From contig NC_057720.1 of NCBI RefSeq assembly GCF_004010195.1, positions 7,928,012-7,992,011 on the forward strand: 64,000 bases of DNA. Direction: 5' to 3'. A program made the translations under genes and the position numbers. This stretch comes from Chiloscyllium plagiosum. Taxonomy: Eukaryota. Below are positions 36,710 to 48,499 of this stretch, one piece after another. Position 1 is the stretch's first letter, and the number at the start of each line of letters is the position of its first letter. Below the pieces are notes generated by a model. It did no database searches. It was not told where the DNA came from and worked only from the letters and a program-made list of their open reading frames with translations.

Positions 36710-37625
36710 CAGTTTTTCCACGGGATATGGGCATTGTTGATCAGGACAACATTTCTTGCCCAACCCTAATGTGAGCGGCAGTGGCTCATCAGGTCAGTTC
36801 AGACATCAGTTAATAGTCAATGTCATTGCTGTGAGTGCAGAGTCATGTGACGGCCAGACCAAGTAAGGATGGCAAATTTCTTTTCCGAAAAAAAACATTA
36901 ACAAGTAAGATGCAATGTTAATGAGAAACTATAAAAGTCTGTTTGCACAACCCAGACCATCACAGAAGCCAACTGTCCATCCACGGACTCCATTTACACG
37001 GCTGACTGCCGCAGAAAGGCTGCCAACAACATTAAAGACCCTAAGGAGCGTCGTTCCGAAAGCTAGTGTGCTTCCAAATAAACCTGTTGGACTATAACCT
37101 GGTGTTGTGTGATTTTTAACTTTGTACACCCCAGTCCAACACTGGCATCTCCAAATCACCCCGGTAATGATCTCCTACAACCTCTTCCATCAGGCAGAAG
37201 ATACAGAAGCCTGAACACACGCACCAGCAGGTCCAGGCACAACTTTTTCCTGTCATTATTAGACTGGTGAATGGAATCTCTCGCCTTGAATAATGCTGAT
37301 CTTGCTAACACTAATCTCGCATCGCTCATACCCTGTGTGATGTAACCTGTATGCCTCTAAGTCTTTTTGATCTGTACATCCTTGCTTACTATGATCTGCC
37401 TGTACTGCTCATAAACAAAGCTTTTCACTGTACTTCAGTACACATGATAATAAAACAATCAATCAATCAATGAGATCTCCATCATCATTGAGACCAGCTT
37501 TCAGTTCTAGGTTTCTTGATGGATTGAATTCAGACTCCACCACCTGCTGCATTGAGCTTTTCCTGTACCTTCAAAGCCTTAGATGAGCCCCTGCACTTAC
37601 TAATCCAATGACATTACCATGACTT
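36710..37625 (-). mobile_element. MetaSINE-like SINE split by a Rex1/Babar insert
   Basis: Tail and core 36710-36900; body and head ~37480-37625. Confidence 0.6.
36930..37470 (+). mobile_element. Rex1/Babar LINE 3' end, interrupted by a family B PLE (37045-37157)
   Basis: SIYTADCRRKAANNIKDP / HPGNDLLQPLPSGRRYRSLNTRTSR..NFF; tail cttttcactgtac..aataaa(acaatc/aatc)n. Confidence 0.85.
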
Positions 37626-37954
37626 CCTTGCTGTTGCTCAGCATCAGACCTTTTTACTTGCTTTAAACACTGATGTGCCGAATCATTTTGTATATTTTTC
37701 AAAATCCCTCCATTGATGAAAAACTTGCATCTATCGAAGGTGACACTTCAGTGCTGTGCATTACTGAAGGAATGCTACACAGCCATCTTTCTGTTGAGGT
37801 ATTTATTCAAGGCTCTGTTTTGGCCTCTCGAGCATCTCAGCTCCAACTATCAGTCTCAGTTCTGATATTTTCACTTCAGTCTGGCCTTGACAACGTTCCT
37901 CTGGATGAACGATTCAGATTTCACGACACCTTGTGTGAAGAAATGCCATCTTAA

Positions 37955-38290
37955 ACATTCCTTGCCAGCACGTGGGCATCACTGGCTAGGTCAGCACTTA
38001 TTACCCAGGGGGCAGTTCAGAGTCAGTCACACTGCTGTGGGTCTGGAGTCACTTGTAGTTCAGACCAGGTAAGAATGGCAGTTTCCTTCTCTAAAGGACA
38101 TTTGAAGGTGCTCCCCCCAGCAATTAGCACCAGTTCCATAGTAACCATTAGGCTCTAACTCCAGTTTCTTTTTCTCCATTGAATTCAGATTCCATTATCT
38201 GCAATGGCAGGATTTGAACCTGGGACCCCAGAATATTATCTAGGTCTGTAGATTAATAGCATTAATATCACAGGACCATTGCCTCCCCAT
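37955..38290 (-). mobile_element. MetaSINE-like SINE
   Basis: Core gtgggtctggagtcacttgtagttcagaccaggtaag; B-box complement ggatttgaacc. Confidence 0.8.
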
Positions 38291-38499
38291 TGCTTCCTAA
38301 TAACTTCATGCTGAATGGATTAGCTCAAATATAATGGTTCAGCCTATATAGGTTTCACATCTGAGGAAATTATTTATTTCAATTGATTCTATCAAATCCT
38401 TAAATCATATTAAACAGCTAAATTAGATCACCACTTAATAATCTATATTCAGGGGAGACAGAGCTCTTATGCTGCAGTGGTACTGTCCCAGGTTCAAGC

Positions 38500-38872
38500 C
38501 ATAGAGTCATAGAGATGTACAGCAGGGAAACCGACCCTTCGGCCCAACTCGTCCATGCCAACCAAATATCCGAAGTAAAGCTAGCCCCATTTGCCAACAG
38601 TTGGCCCATATCCTCTTAAACCTTTCCTATTCATATACCCATCCAGATGCCTTTTAAATGCTATAATTGTACTAGCCTCCACCACTTCCTCTGGCAGCTC
38701 AATCCATACTCGCACAACCATCTGAACGAAAAGGTTGTTCCTCAGTTCCCTTTTAAATCTTTTCCCCTCTCACCTTAAACCTATGCCCTCTAATTTTGGA
38801 CTCCCCTACCATTGGATAAAAGACCTTGTCTATTCACCCGATCCATGCTCTTCATGATTTTATAAACCTCTA
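38500..38872 (-). mobile_element. HER1: HER1 3' end (continues 39509-39530 after an insert)
   Basis: catagagtcatagagatgtacagc tail complement. Confidence 0.88.
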
Positions 38873-39508
38873 TGGTATGCTTTCCTTTATTGGACAGAGT
38901 ATTGAGTATAGGGGTTGTGAGGTCATGTTGCAGCTGTACAGAACATTCATTCAGCCACTTTTGGAATATTGTGTGCAATTCTGGTCTCCCTCCTATCAGA
39001 AGGATGTTGTGAAACTTGAAAGGGTTCAGAAAAGATCTACAAGGATGTTGCCAGGGTTGGAGGATTTGAGCTATAGGGAGAGGTTTAATCGGCTGAGGCT
39101 GTTTTCCCTGGAGCATCAGAGGCTGAGGGTGACCTTACAGAGGTTTAGAAAATCATGAGGGGCATGGATAGGATAAGTAGACAAGGTTCTTTTCCCCTGA
39201 GGTGGGGGAGTCCAGAACTAGAGGGCATAGGCTGAGAGTGAGAGGGGAAAAAGTTAAAAGGGACCTCAGGGATAACTTTTCATGCAGATGGTGGCGTGTG
39301 CATTGAATGAGCCAGAGGAAGTGGTGGGGAATGGTACAATTACAACATTTAAAAGGCATCTCAATGGGTACATGAATAAGAAGAGGTTAGAGGGATATGT
39401 GCCAAATGCTGGCAAATGGGACTAGATTAGTTTAGGATATCTGGTTGGCGCAGACGAGTTGGATCGAAGGGTCTGTTTCCGTGCATCTCTATGACTCTAT
39501 GACTCTGT
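38873..39508 (+). mobile_element. HER1: HER1 3' ~635 bp inserted into an antisense HER1
   Basis: GMLSFIGQSIEYR..LEYCVQFWSPSYQKDVVKLERVQK; (atgactct)n tail. Confidence 0.92.
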
Positions 39509-40624
39509 AAGGTCACCTCTCAGCTCCTGACACTGTGCCATAACATCTCTGAACAGGTTGATGAAGAAAATATCTATTCAGGAAACACGACCTAACTTCA
39601 TAAGATAACAGGCTTTTAATGTTCCAGTGAATTTATATGCACCCATCCCAAAGAGCTAATTATCTTCCTGAAGTGAAGTGGCAGAACTGGATGTAGTCTT
39701 TATGTACCTGAGACAGAGGAAGATTCAGGGCTAAGGAATAAAGCAATGCAGACCAGTTCAACGTCGATCTAACAATGGACCGGCAAATACTCCGCAAACA
39801 GATTGCCCTCCTGCTTTATTGTACACTGCCATGGATCTGAGGGCACAAGCTGCTGTGAATAATGAGTATGTCCTTGCCTCGATAAGCATAAAATTCGCAC
39901 AAAATAATCACTATGCAAGAGAAGTCAAGACTGCGCCATTAAATGATTAAGTTGTAACAACATCGAATATGGTTGTTTGTACGGTAAAAAATCAGGTTGT
40001 CGACAATTAACAAAGGAAATGAAACATTGACAAGCTGAGACTGATTGTAGAGACCTGAAAGTCAGCACAGACAAATTAACTCTTTCTTAGTGAAACAAGA
40101 AAAATCAAAGTGACTTTTGTGTGTATTTATTCTATTCTAATGTGTACATGACCCAGGAGTATTTGGCATGATTGACAGAAAGCATAAATTGTGTTGTGTG
40201 TCTACTGTTATATTGATTTTATTGCTCCTTCTGTCTGACGCAAGCCTTTCCCTGAAACCCTTTGGATTAAACTCAATGCTTAGAACAAATATCAAAATTC
40301 ATGCTTTTGTAAAGACAAGGGGATGAAAGCTCTTAGTTCCCGTGCACACTTGTTCTTTTCTTGCTGGTTGCTGTAATGAGGTCTGAGCATGGAATGTTCT
40401 GCTTTTTGCTGAGCTAGCTGTTTCTGGATTCTCCACCATCATGGGTGCAAATGCTCCATCAGTCAGTCTCCAGTCTAATAACAACATTTGCATATTTTGA
40501 AGATTAAGCAAATTGTAACCAGGATCTGCCTGATTTCTCTTATCTCTCGAGAGTGGATGATATCCGAATCTGGTGACTAATCCAGCCCAAGTTCAGCCAC
40601 TTTATTCAAAATGAATTTCTTTCC

Positions 40625-41271
40625 TTCCTGCTGCCTCAGGGAAACAACCAACATAATCAAAGACTCCTCCCACCCTGGCTATATTCTCTTCCACCCTCTT
40701 CCATCCGGCACAAGATACAAAGCCTTGAATACACATGAAGTCATAATGCACAGTCCTTCAGTCCAACCAGGTTCTTTACGCAGAGAGTTGTGAATGCATG
40801 GGATGCGTTGCCAACGGTGGCGGTGGAAGCAGAGTCATTCGGGACATTTAAGCGACTGCTGGACATGCGCATGGATAGCAGTGAGTTGAGGGGTGCGTAG
40901 GTTAAGTCATTATATTTTACATTAGGATTAAACCTCGACACAACATCATGGGCCTGTTCTGTGCTGTACTTTTCTATGTTCTAACCAATCCATGCTGAAC
41001 ATAATCCCAGCTGAACTACTCCCACCTGACTGTGCTTGTGCCATGTCCCTCCATGCATTTCTTGTTCATGTACTTCTTCCCCACCTTTATAAGACTTTTG
41101 AATAGACCTCTCAAACATTAATGTTGATCTCTGTCTCTTCTCTGCAACTGTAACACTGCGTACTTCACTCTGCTCTGTACATCAATGTACTTTATATGAG
41201 ACAATCAGTCTGAATAGCATACAAAACTACACTTTTCACTGTAGCTCAGTACGTGTGGCAACAATAAATCA
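40625..41271 (+). mobile_element. Rex1/Babar LINE 3' end split by CR1 inserts (~40741-41073)
   Basis: SCCLRETTNIIKDSSHPGYILFHPLPSGTRYKALNTH, then FFPTFIRLLN; tail cttttcactgtagctcagtacgtgtggcaacaataaatca. Confidence 0.8.
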
Positions 41272-41427
41272 TGACGTGGAGATGCCAGCGTTGGGGTGGG
41301 ATGGACAAAGTCAGAAGTCACACGACACCAGGTTATAGTCCAACAGGTTTATTTGAAATCACAAACTTTCGGACCGTTCTGAAAACTTGTGATTCTGAAT
41401 AAACTTGTTGGACTATAACCTGGTGTC
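41272..41427. mobile_element. Fold-back family B PLE
   Basis: caccaggttatagtccaacaggtttatttgaaatcac / gtgattctgaataaacttgttggactataacctggtg. Confidence 0.8.
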
Positions 41428-41653
41428 GAGAGTGTGATGCAAGTCAGGCAGCATCCGAGGAGCAGGAGAATCGACATTTCGGGCTAAAGCCCTTCATCAG
41501 GAATGAGGTGTCATTCCTGGCCTCATTCCTGATGAAGGGCTTTTGCCCGAAATGTCGATTCTCTTGCTCCTTGGATGCTGCCTGAACTGCTGTGCTTTTC
41601 CAACATCAGACTCTGAACTCTAATCTCCAGCATCTGCAGACCTCACTTTCGCC
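41428..41653. mobile_element. Fold-back family A PLE with two opposed hammerhead cores, nested in a family B PLE
   Basis: + core ctgatgaagggcttttgcccgaaatgtc (from 41529); - core ctgatgaagggctttagcccgaaatgtc; flanking repeat tataacctgg. Confidence 0.85.
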
Positions 41654-42113
41654 TAATTGATTATAACCTGGACTGGTGGAGCAATGAATCAAATATCTTC
41701 ACCAATGATTCTGCACACTTTTAAAGTTCATTCTTTTCCCAAGACTTATTCAAAATAAAATAACTCATTTAATATTAATGCTATACTTTGATCCTTGAGT
41801 ATCCCTAAGTTGTTCCAAAACTACTTTGGGACAATTGTCTTCTTAATTATTCTTTCACTTGTTGAAACTTGTCAGTGTTGTTTTGATTTATCAACTTGCA
41901 TGTTTTTGCAAGTATATCACTCTTCAATTGTCCTCAGTTCATTTTATAAATACTTCAGGAGCATCTCTCTTTTTACTTATCCTATTTTTATCATATGCCT
42001 TTCCGTCATTTTTACAATCCTCACAATGATTTTGAAAATCTCTCTGCAGCCTTGCCCTTCACCCTCTCTGTAACCTTCTTTCACCCCACAACTTCCAAAT
42101 AGATAGATAGATT

Positions 42114-42142
42114 CAGAGAGAGAGAGCGAGAGAGAGAGAGAG
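42114..42142 (+). repeat. (GA)n microsatellite
   Basis: cagagagagagagcgagagagagagagag. Confidence 0.9.
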
Positions 42143-42334
42143 AACCACAGATTTCCGAGAAATCTGTACTCATTCAATTCTGACCTCAGCCTCACCCACT
42201 CATCAGTCTGGGATTCAGCACGTAGCTCACAGAGGCCAGAGACTGTGTGCTGGTGACCTGTCAGGACTTGTTTGAAACATGAAAGAACTGGTAAACACAT
42301 CCAGCTGCTTGCTCAATCAAAGACCATTTAGACC

Positions 42335-42880
42335 ACAAGATGTAGAAGCAGAAGTAGGCCATTCAGCCCATCGAGTCCACTGTAATTCAATGAGATCACA
42401 GATAATCACACAAAAGATGATCAGATCAGCCATGACTTCAATGAATGGTGGAGCAGACTCAATGGGCTGAAGGGCCTATTCATACTCCTATGACCTATGG
42501 TCTTATACCCTCAAGTCTACTCTCCTGTCTTTTCCCCTTAATTCTTGATTCCCTTAAAAATCTGACTATCTCAGTCTTGAATACACTTAATAATGCAGCC
42601 TCTACAACTCTCTGTGGTAAAGAATTCCATAGATTCACTACCCTCTGAGAGAAGACATTCTTCCTCATCTCCGTCTTAAAGCAACAAGCCCTTATTCTGA
42701 GATGATGCCCTCTGATCGAGACTCCTCCACAAGGGAAGACAATCTTTCCACATTCACCCTGTCAAGTCCCATAAGAATCTTGCATCTCTCAATGATGTCG
42801 TCCCTCATTCTTCTAAACTCTGACGAGTACAGGCCCAACTTACTCAACCTCTCCTCGTGAGACAGTCCCTCCATGTCTAG
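42335..42880 (-). mobile_element. CR1 3' end with a short CR1 tail insert (+, ~42420-42507)
   Basis: Minus ORF EGLSHEERLSKLGLYSSEFRRMRDDIIE. Confidence 0.85.
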
Positions 42881-43165
42881 GTTCAAATCCCGTCATAGCA
42901 GACATTGGAATTTGGTATTCAAAAATAGAATCTAGAATTGAGAGTCTCCTGGGGACCATGAATCCATTGCTGATTGTCAGAAAAATCCATCTGGTTCACT
43001 AATGTCCTTCAGGGAAGGAGATTGCCATCTTTACCCGGTCTGGCTGACATGTGACTCCCGAGCCACAGCGATGTGGTTAACACTTAACTGCCCTCTGGAC
43101 AATTCGGGATGGGCAATAAACGCTGCTTAGTCAGTGACACCGTCATCCTGTGAATGAATAAAAAC
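42880..43165 (+). mobile_element. MetaSINE-like SINE (from B box to tail)
   Basis: ggttcaaatccc..catctggttcactaatgtccttcagggaagg..gggatgggcaataaa..gtgaatgaataaaaa. Confidence 0.85.
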
Positions 43166-43244
43166 TGAGTGTTCATGAATGGGCTGGACAAGTCTTTGAA
43201 GTGGATTGGGAAACAAATGGTGATATTGTGAAATTGTCCGTTAT

Positions 43245-43925
43245 TGAGTCATAGAGTCATGCAGCACAGAAATAGACCCTTTGGTCCAACCAGTCTATCC
43301 CTCCAAACCTTTCCGATTCGTGATCTTATCCAAGTGTCTTTTAAGCATTGTAATTGTACCCACATCCATCATTTCCTCAGGAGGTTTACTCCACACATGA
43401 ATCATCCTTGTGTAAAATAAAATGCCTCTTATCACTTTTTAAAATCTCTTTCCTCTCAACTTAAAAATGTAACCCCTAGTCTTGAAATTCCCCATGTTAG
43501 GGAAAAGACAACCACCATCAATTCTATCTATAACTCTCATTATTTTATAAACTTTCATCGGAGGCTAGTACAATTGCAATATTTAAGAGGTGTTAGGATG
43601 GGGATATGAATAGGAAGGGTTTGGAGGGATATGGGCCGGGTGTTGGCAGGTGGGACTAGATTGTGTTAGGATATCTAGTAGGCATGGACGGGTTGGACTG
43701 AAGGGTCTGTTTCCATGCTGTACATCTCTATGACTCTATGAGGTCACCTCTCAACCTCCTAGGCACTAGCGAAAAAAGTCCCAGTCTACCCAGCCTTTCT
43801 TTATAACTCAAACCTTCCATCTCTGGCAACATCCTGGTACATCTCTTCTGAACTCTCTCCAGCTTGATAATATCCCTCCTATAACTGGACACCAGAAGAG
43901 GCCTCACCAATGTCCTGTACAACAG
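43245..43925 (-). mobile_element. HER1-like CR1 3' part with a HER1 3' fragment inserted (+, 43560-43739)
   Basis: Minus ORF YRTLVRPLL..KLERVQKR..LRGDLI; the insert ends catctctatgactctat. Confidence 0.85.
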
Positions 43926-45329
43926 AACGTTTGAGAGATTTGCTGAACATCCATTGCATTGCTCCTGTTGTCTGATGCAAACACCTCACTGCTGCATTGC
44001 TGTCAGTGACATCACCAGCACTGCAACTGCATGAGTGCCGAGTGTGCCCCCTGCAGTTGTGACCCTGTAATATACACAGCCTTTGAGGAAATGATCAAAT
44101 TACTGATTTCACATTTTCTTTTGAAGTCCACGACTTATCATAAAATTTGCTGAGCGGCATCGAGTGAAAAAAAGGTGAGACAACCCCGCAGCTTAGAAAG
44201 TGTTTAGCCAGAGTCATCACTGACAGAGAAACCTTACGAAACAAAATGCTGTGCATTGAACACATTAAGAACAAAATAAATACATTCTTCAAATAAAAAG
44301 CAGAGCCAAACGTGCTGAAAATGAAAGCAATGTGAGCCATTTTATACCGAGCAGTGAAAATCTGTTGACGATGAGCTTCCTCAGTAAGTTATTTTAGGTG
44401 CTTTCATTGACTACGGTTTTAACTTCACATTTTCTTCCCGAGTTTCTCCCATGAGTGAGCTGACGTTTATTGGCAGTGCTCCAGCAAAGGCTCATTCTCC
44501 ATGTCAGAGCTTTTGAGAGTGAACAAAGGGAAAACTGATCTGTTCTCACTCAAAATCTACACAGGCACATCTTTCTCAGGATAATGTCTCAAATGCTCTG
44601 GTATCACGATTATTGCACTGAACTAATATCTCTCCCACCAACTCGAGATTTAAAAATCAAGTCCAACCCCAGCTAGTTGTGAAAGAAATCAATTAATCAA
44701 CAATTTATATTTATATACTGCCTCCCATGTGATGAAATGCTCTTCTTTGCAAAAGCATTGATGCTAAACACATTTTCCTCTTTTTAAATGTTAAGAGATG
44801 TCGGGCCACATGACCCCCAAATGCTTGGTCAAACAGGTTGGGTTTGAGGCTTGTCTCAAATGAGGAAAGTGAGTCATGAGATGAATGGAACTAATTTGAT
44901 CATTTCTTCAGCCGTTACCACCACCAACATATCATGCGTAATGTGCACTATCTACAGACGCACTGCAAGCATCAAGCATCCTTCAAAAGCAACAGCAAAA
45001 TAAATTGATCATCTAGAATTTGAAGAGCAACACAATCAGATGAATCACCCCAAATTTCTGACCACCCATTGCCTCTCCACCCTATTATCATCAACATCCC
45101 AACTTGGACTTATTACAATTCCTTTATGATCACTAAGCCAATACCCTGGTTTCCCTATCTAACATAAGAATAAGAACAGAGTACCTGAACCATGTGACTG
45201 CTATGATTCAGCTAGAAGACCCACCATCAACATCTCAAGGGCAAGATTTTCTATTCAGTCATTGGATATGGCCTTTGCCACCAAGGGAGGTACATGTTGG
45301 TCATCCCTAAGCCTTAGGGGGCTTAGTGA

Positions 45330-45650
45330 TTAGTGCTGCTGCCTCACAGCGCCAGGGACCTGGGTTCAATTCCTGCCTCAGGAAAGATTCCTGTTAGGAA
45401 AGATTTAATTTCGTCTGTGTGGAGTTTGCACATTCTCCCTGTGTCTGCGTGGTTTGTTCCGGTTTCCTCCCACAATCCAAAGACATGCAGGTCAGGTGAA
45501 TTGGCCATGCTACATTGCCCATACTGATAGGTGTATTAGTCAGGGGTAAATATAGGCTAGGGGTATGAGTCTGGGTGGGTTACTCTTCGGAGGGTCGGTG
45601 TGGACTTGTTGGGTCAAAGGGCCTGTTTCCATAGTGTAGGCAATCTAACC
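45330..45650 (+). mobile_element. HE1: HE1 V-SINE nested in a MetaSINE-like SINE (-, ~45250-45905)
   Basis: B box gggttcaattcc, V-domain and tail; the host SINE resumes at ~45655. Confidence 0.85.
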
Positions 45651-46034
45651 TGATTACCCTGGATAACAGTTAAGAGTGAACCACATTGGCTGGGGATCTG
45701 GACTCACATGTAGGACAGATCAGATAAAGACATCAGATTGTCTTCCCTAAAGTTTCACAATGACAAACTTTCAAGCTTTGCTTTATTAATCAAATTTAAA
45801 TTACACCAGCTACTGTTGTGAGATTTGAACTTTTGCCCAACAAGCATTAATCTGGGTATCTGGAGTGATAGGTCTAGCGATATTACCACTACACTATCAT
45901 CTCCCCTGTCACAGGACAGATTTCAAGACAATGAAATATAACAATTGGATGATGGGAATTGTGAGGACTGAGTGGAAGTGTTTGTGCAGAAAATAAGCAC
46001 TGACATAGACGTGTTTAGTGCTGTAAGTCTGAAT

Positions 46035-46660
46035 GTGTGTGTGTATGCATACCTGTCTCCATGTGATTGTCTTTCTCTGTGTGCATGTTTCTGATTGTAT
46101 ATGTCTGTGTGAGAGTGCATTTCGTAGGATCATAGAATTCCTGCAGTGTGGAAATAGCCATTCAGCTCAACAAGTCCACACCGACTCTCTGAACAGCATC
46201 ACACACAGACTCACCCCATCCTTGCAACCCTGCATGTCCCATGGCTAGTCCACCCAACCTACACACCTTTGGACTGTGGGAGGAAACCGGATCACCTGGA
46301 GAAAACCCACACAAACACGGGGAGAATTTGCAAACTCATGAGACAGTCACGTCAGGGCGGAATCAAACCCAGATCCCTGGCATTACAAGGCAGCAGTGCT
46401 AACCACTGAGCCACCACGCTGCCTGATATTTTTCTCTTAACTCTAACCTTAACCCGATCACACCCTAACCCTAATTCCAAACCTTAACACTGATCCTGTG
46501 TGTGTGTGTGTCTTTGTGTGCCTCTGGGTGTGTATGTGTGTGAATGTTTGTCTGTGTCAGAGTGTATTTGTACGTGTGAGTATGTTTGTTTATATGTGTG
46601 TATTTGTTTGTGTGTGTGTGTATATATTTATTTGTGTGTCCATGTGTTTCAATGTGTATG
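46035..46660 (+). repeat. Degenerate (TG)n tracts (46035-46115, 46497-46660) and a degenerate (CCCTAA)n-like tract (46437-46495)
   Basis: Direct reading of the sequence. Confidence 0.75.
46130..46423 (-). mobile_element. HE1: HE1 V-SINE
   Basis: V-domain complement ggactgtgggaggaaaccgg; head gcagcagtgctaaccactgagccacc. Confidence 0.88.
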
Positions 46661-46947
46661 AAAAGAAAGGGTGAATAATTAAATAGTTGTTTATTTATCT
46701 TGTACACATTGATTTAAAGCCTGGACTTTCCCAATGATAGTCATATTTACCATGGCAACTAATTTGAACAGTCAGGCCCAATGTTAATGCCACTGGCTGA
46801 GATTGCTCCTGTGTTGGATGGGCTTATTGTGGGAAGCAATCGAATATCATGTGGCCAGGAAACCACCCAGTGATGCAAGGCAAGATTTGGGGGGTTCAGG
46901 AAGGGGGTATTGTGAGGTTTATGTGTTAGGAAAGATTTAATTTCAAA

Positions 46948-47035
46948 GACTTGAAATGCTAACCGTGTGTCCTCTGTCACAGATGCTGCCAGTTCTGCTG
47001 AGTTTTACCTCGCACTTTTCGTGTTGTTGTTATTT
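46948..47035 (+). mobile_element. Old PLE terminus (family C)
   Basis: gacttgaaatgctaac..cacagatgctgccagttctgctgagtttt. Confidence 0.6.
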
Positions 47036-47356
47036 AGGAGGAGCCTTCACCAATTTGGTGAGTCCCGGGTGCGCACTGCTGTGTGTCCTGATTCCAGACT
47101 CTCCACCTGCTGTCCTGTATTAGTCTGGCTAGAGATCCCAGTCAAACATGCTGTCCTCAGATCAGAGTTAAAATTGCTGTTTGGAGACACCATCAGTGCT
47201 TAGCATGGAGCAAATAAGAAGGATCTGGTTCACTTCACATAAATGTTTTTGTTGCCTGCTCTTGACAACATACAAAATCCCGATGGAGGGGTCTTTGTGA
47301 CTCTAGAATCATAAACAGGTTTCTGCATCGAAATAAGCTTTGTCTGTACCAAACTT

Positions 47357-47632
47357 CATAGAATAGAATAGAATCCCTATAGTGTGGAAACAGGCCATTA
47401 GGCCCAACAAGTCCGCACTGAGTATCCCACCTAGACTCACTCCCCTACCCTATTACTCCACATTTCCCCTGACTACTGCACCTAACCTACACATCCCTGG
47501 AACTTGCAGGAAACAGAGCACCCAGAGGAAACCCACAGACACAAGGAGAACGTGCAAACTCCATACAATCACCTGAGGGTGGAATCGAACCCGGGTCCCT
47601 AGCGCTGTGAGGCAACAGTGAGCCACCATGCC
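47357..47632 (-). mobile_element. HE1: HE1 V-SINE (deleted), followed by a HER1-like tail (+, 47640-47825)
   Basis: (atagaa)n, gtgtggaaacaggcc..; tgaccgaagggtctgtttccgtgctg..tatgactctatg. Confidence 0.8.
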
Positions 47633-48097
47633 ATCCCAGTGGTGGATGTGGGTACATTTATAATGGTTACAATGGTTAAAAGACATTTGGATACTATGTG
47701 AATAGGAAATGTTTGGAGGGATATGGGCCAGCAGTAGGCAGATGGGATTAGTTTGGGATTATGGTCGGCATGGACTGGTTTGACCGAAGGGTCTGTTTCC
47801 GTGCTGTGCGACACTATGACTCTATGCAACAAAAAAAATCACTCTCACAGTATAATATAAAGTAGAAAAACTGGAAAAGCAATAACTATAATAAGGGGGA
47901 AAATTCAAACTTGTGTAACAAAACAGAAGTCTTTTAATCAGTAAGGAAGTCAAAAGTTATGGCAGGAAATTGAAGCTGGGAATGAAGGTTATTGAGGTGG
48001 ATGAACAGCCATGATCGTAATGAAAGGTGCAGCAGGCTTGAAGGGCCAAATGGCCTCCCCCTTCTCCTATCTTCTATTATTCCATGTTTCTAAGTAT

Positions 48098-48212
48098 TGG
48101 GCTCTTGTGATGTAGGGACAACATCCCTATCTTTGGGCCAGAAGGTCTGTGTCCATGTCCTGCCTGCTCAGGATGTGTGTTAGAACATATCTGATCAGCT
48201 TGGTTAAAATAG
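48098..48212 (+). mobile_element. Short ~110-bp tRNA-like SINE relic (related copies ~48707-48815 and 38460-38500 + 39530-39580)
   Basis: Shared start gggctcttgtg..cagtgg and shared end aacatatctgatcag..ttaaaat. Confidence 0.45.
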
Positions 48213-48238
48213 CTGAGAGTTGACTACTTCCCCTTCCT

Positions 48239-48470
48239 GGTAAAAACAATGACTGCAGATGCTGGAAACCAGATTCTGGATTAGTGGTGCTGCAAGAGCA
48301 CAGCAGTTCAGGCAGCATCCAAGGAGCTTTGAAATCGACGTTTCGGGCAAAAGCCCTTCATCAGGAAGGGCTGATGATTCCTGATGAAGGGCTTTTGCCC
48401 GAAACGTCGATTTCGAAGCTCCTTGGATGCTGCCTGAACTGCTGTGCTCTTCCAGCACCACTAATCCAGA
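48239..48470. mobile_element. Fold-back family A PLE with two intact opposed hammerhead cores
   Basis: + core CTGATGA(48381-87)AGGGCTTTTGCCCGAAACGTC(48408), with an identical core on -; 36-nt tail; 12-bp TSD tacttccccttc (48225-48236 / 48471-48482). Confidence 0.9.
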
Positions 48471-48499
48471 TACTTCCCCTTCGAATTCACATTCCTCTC

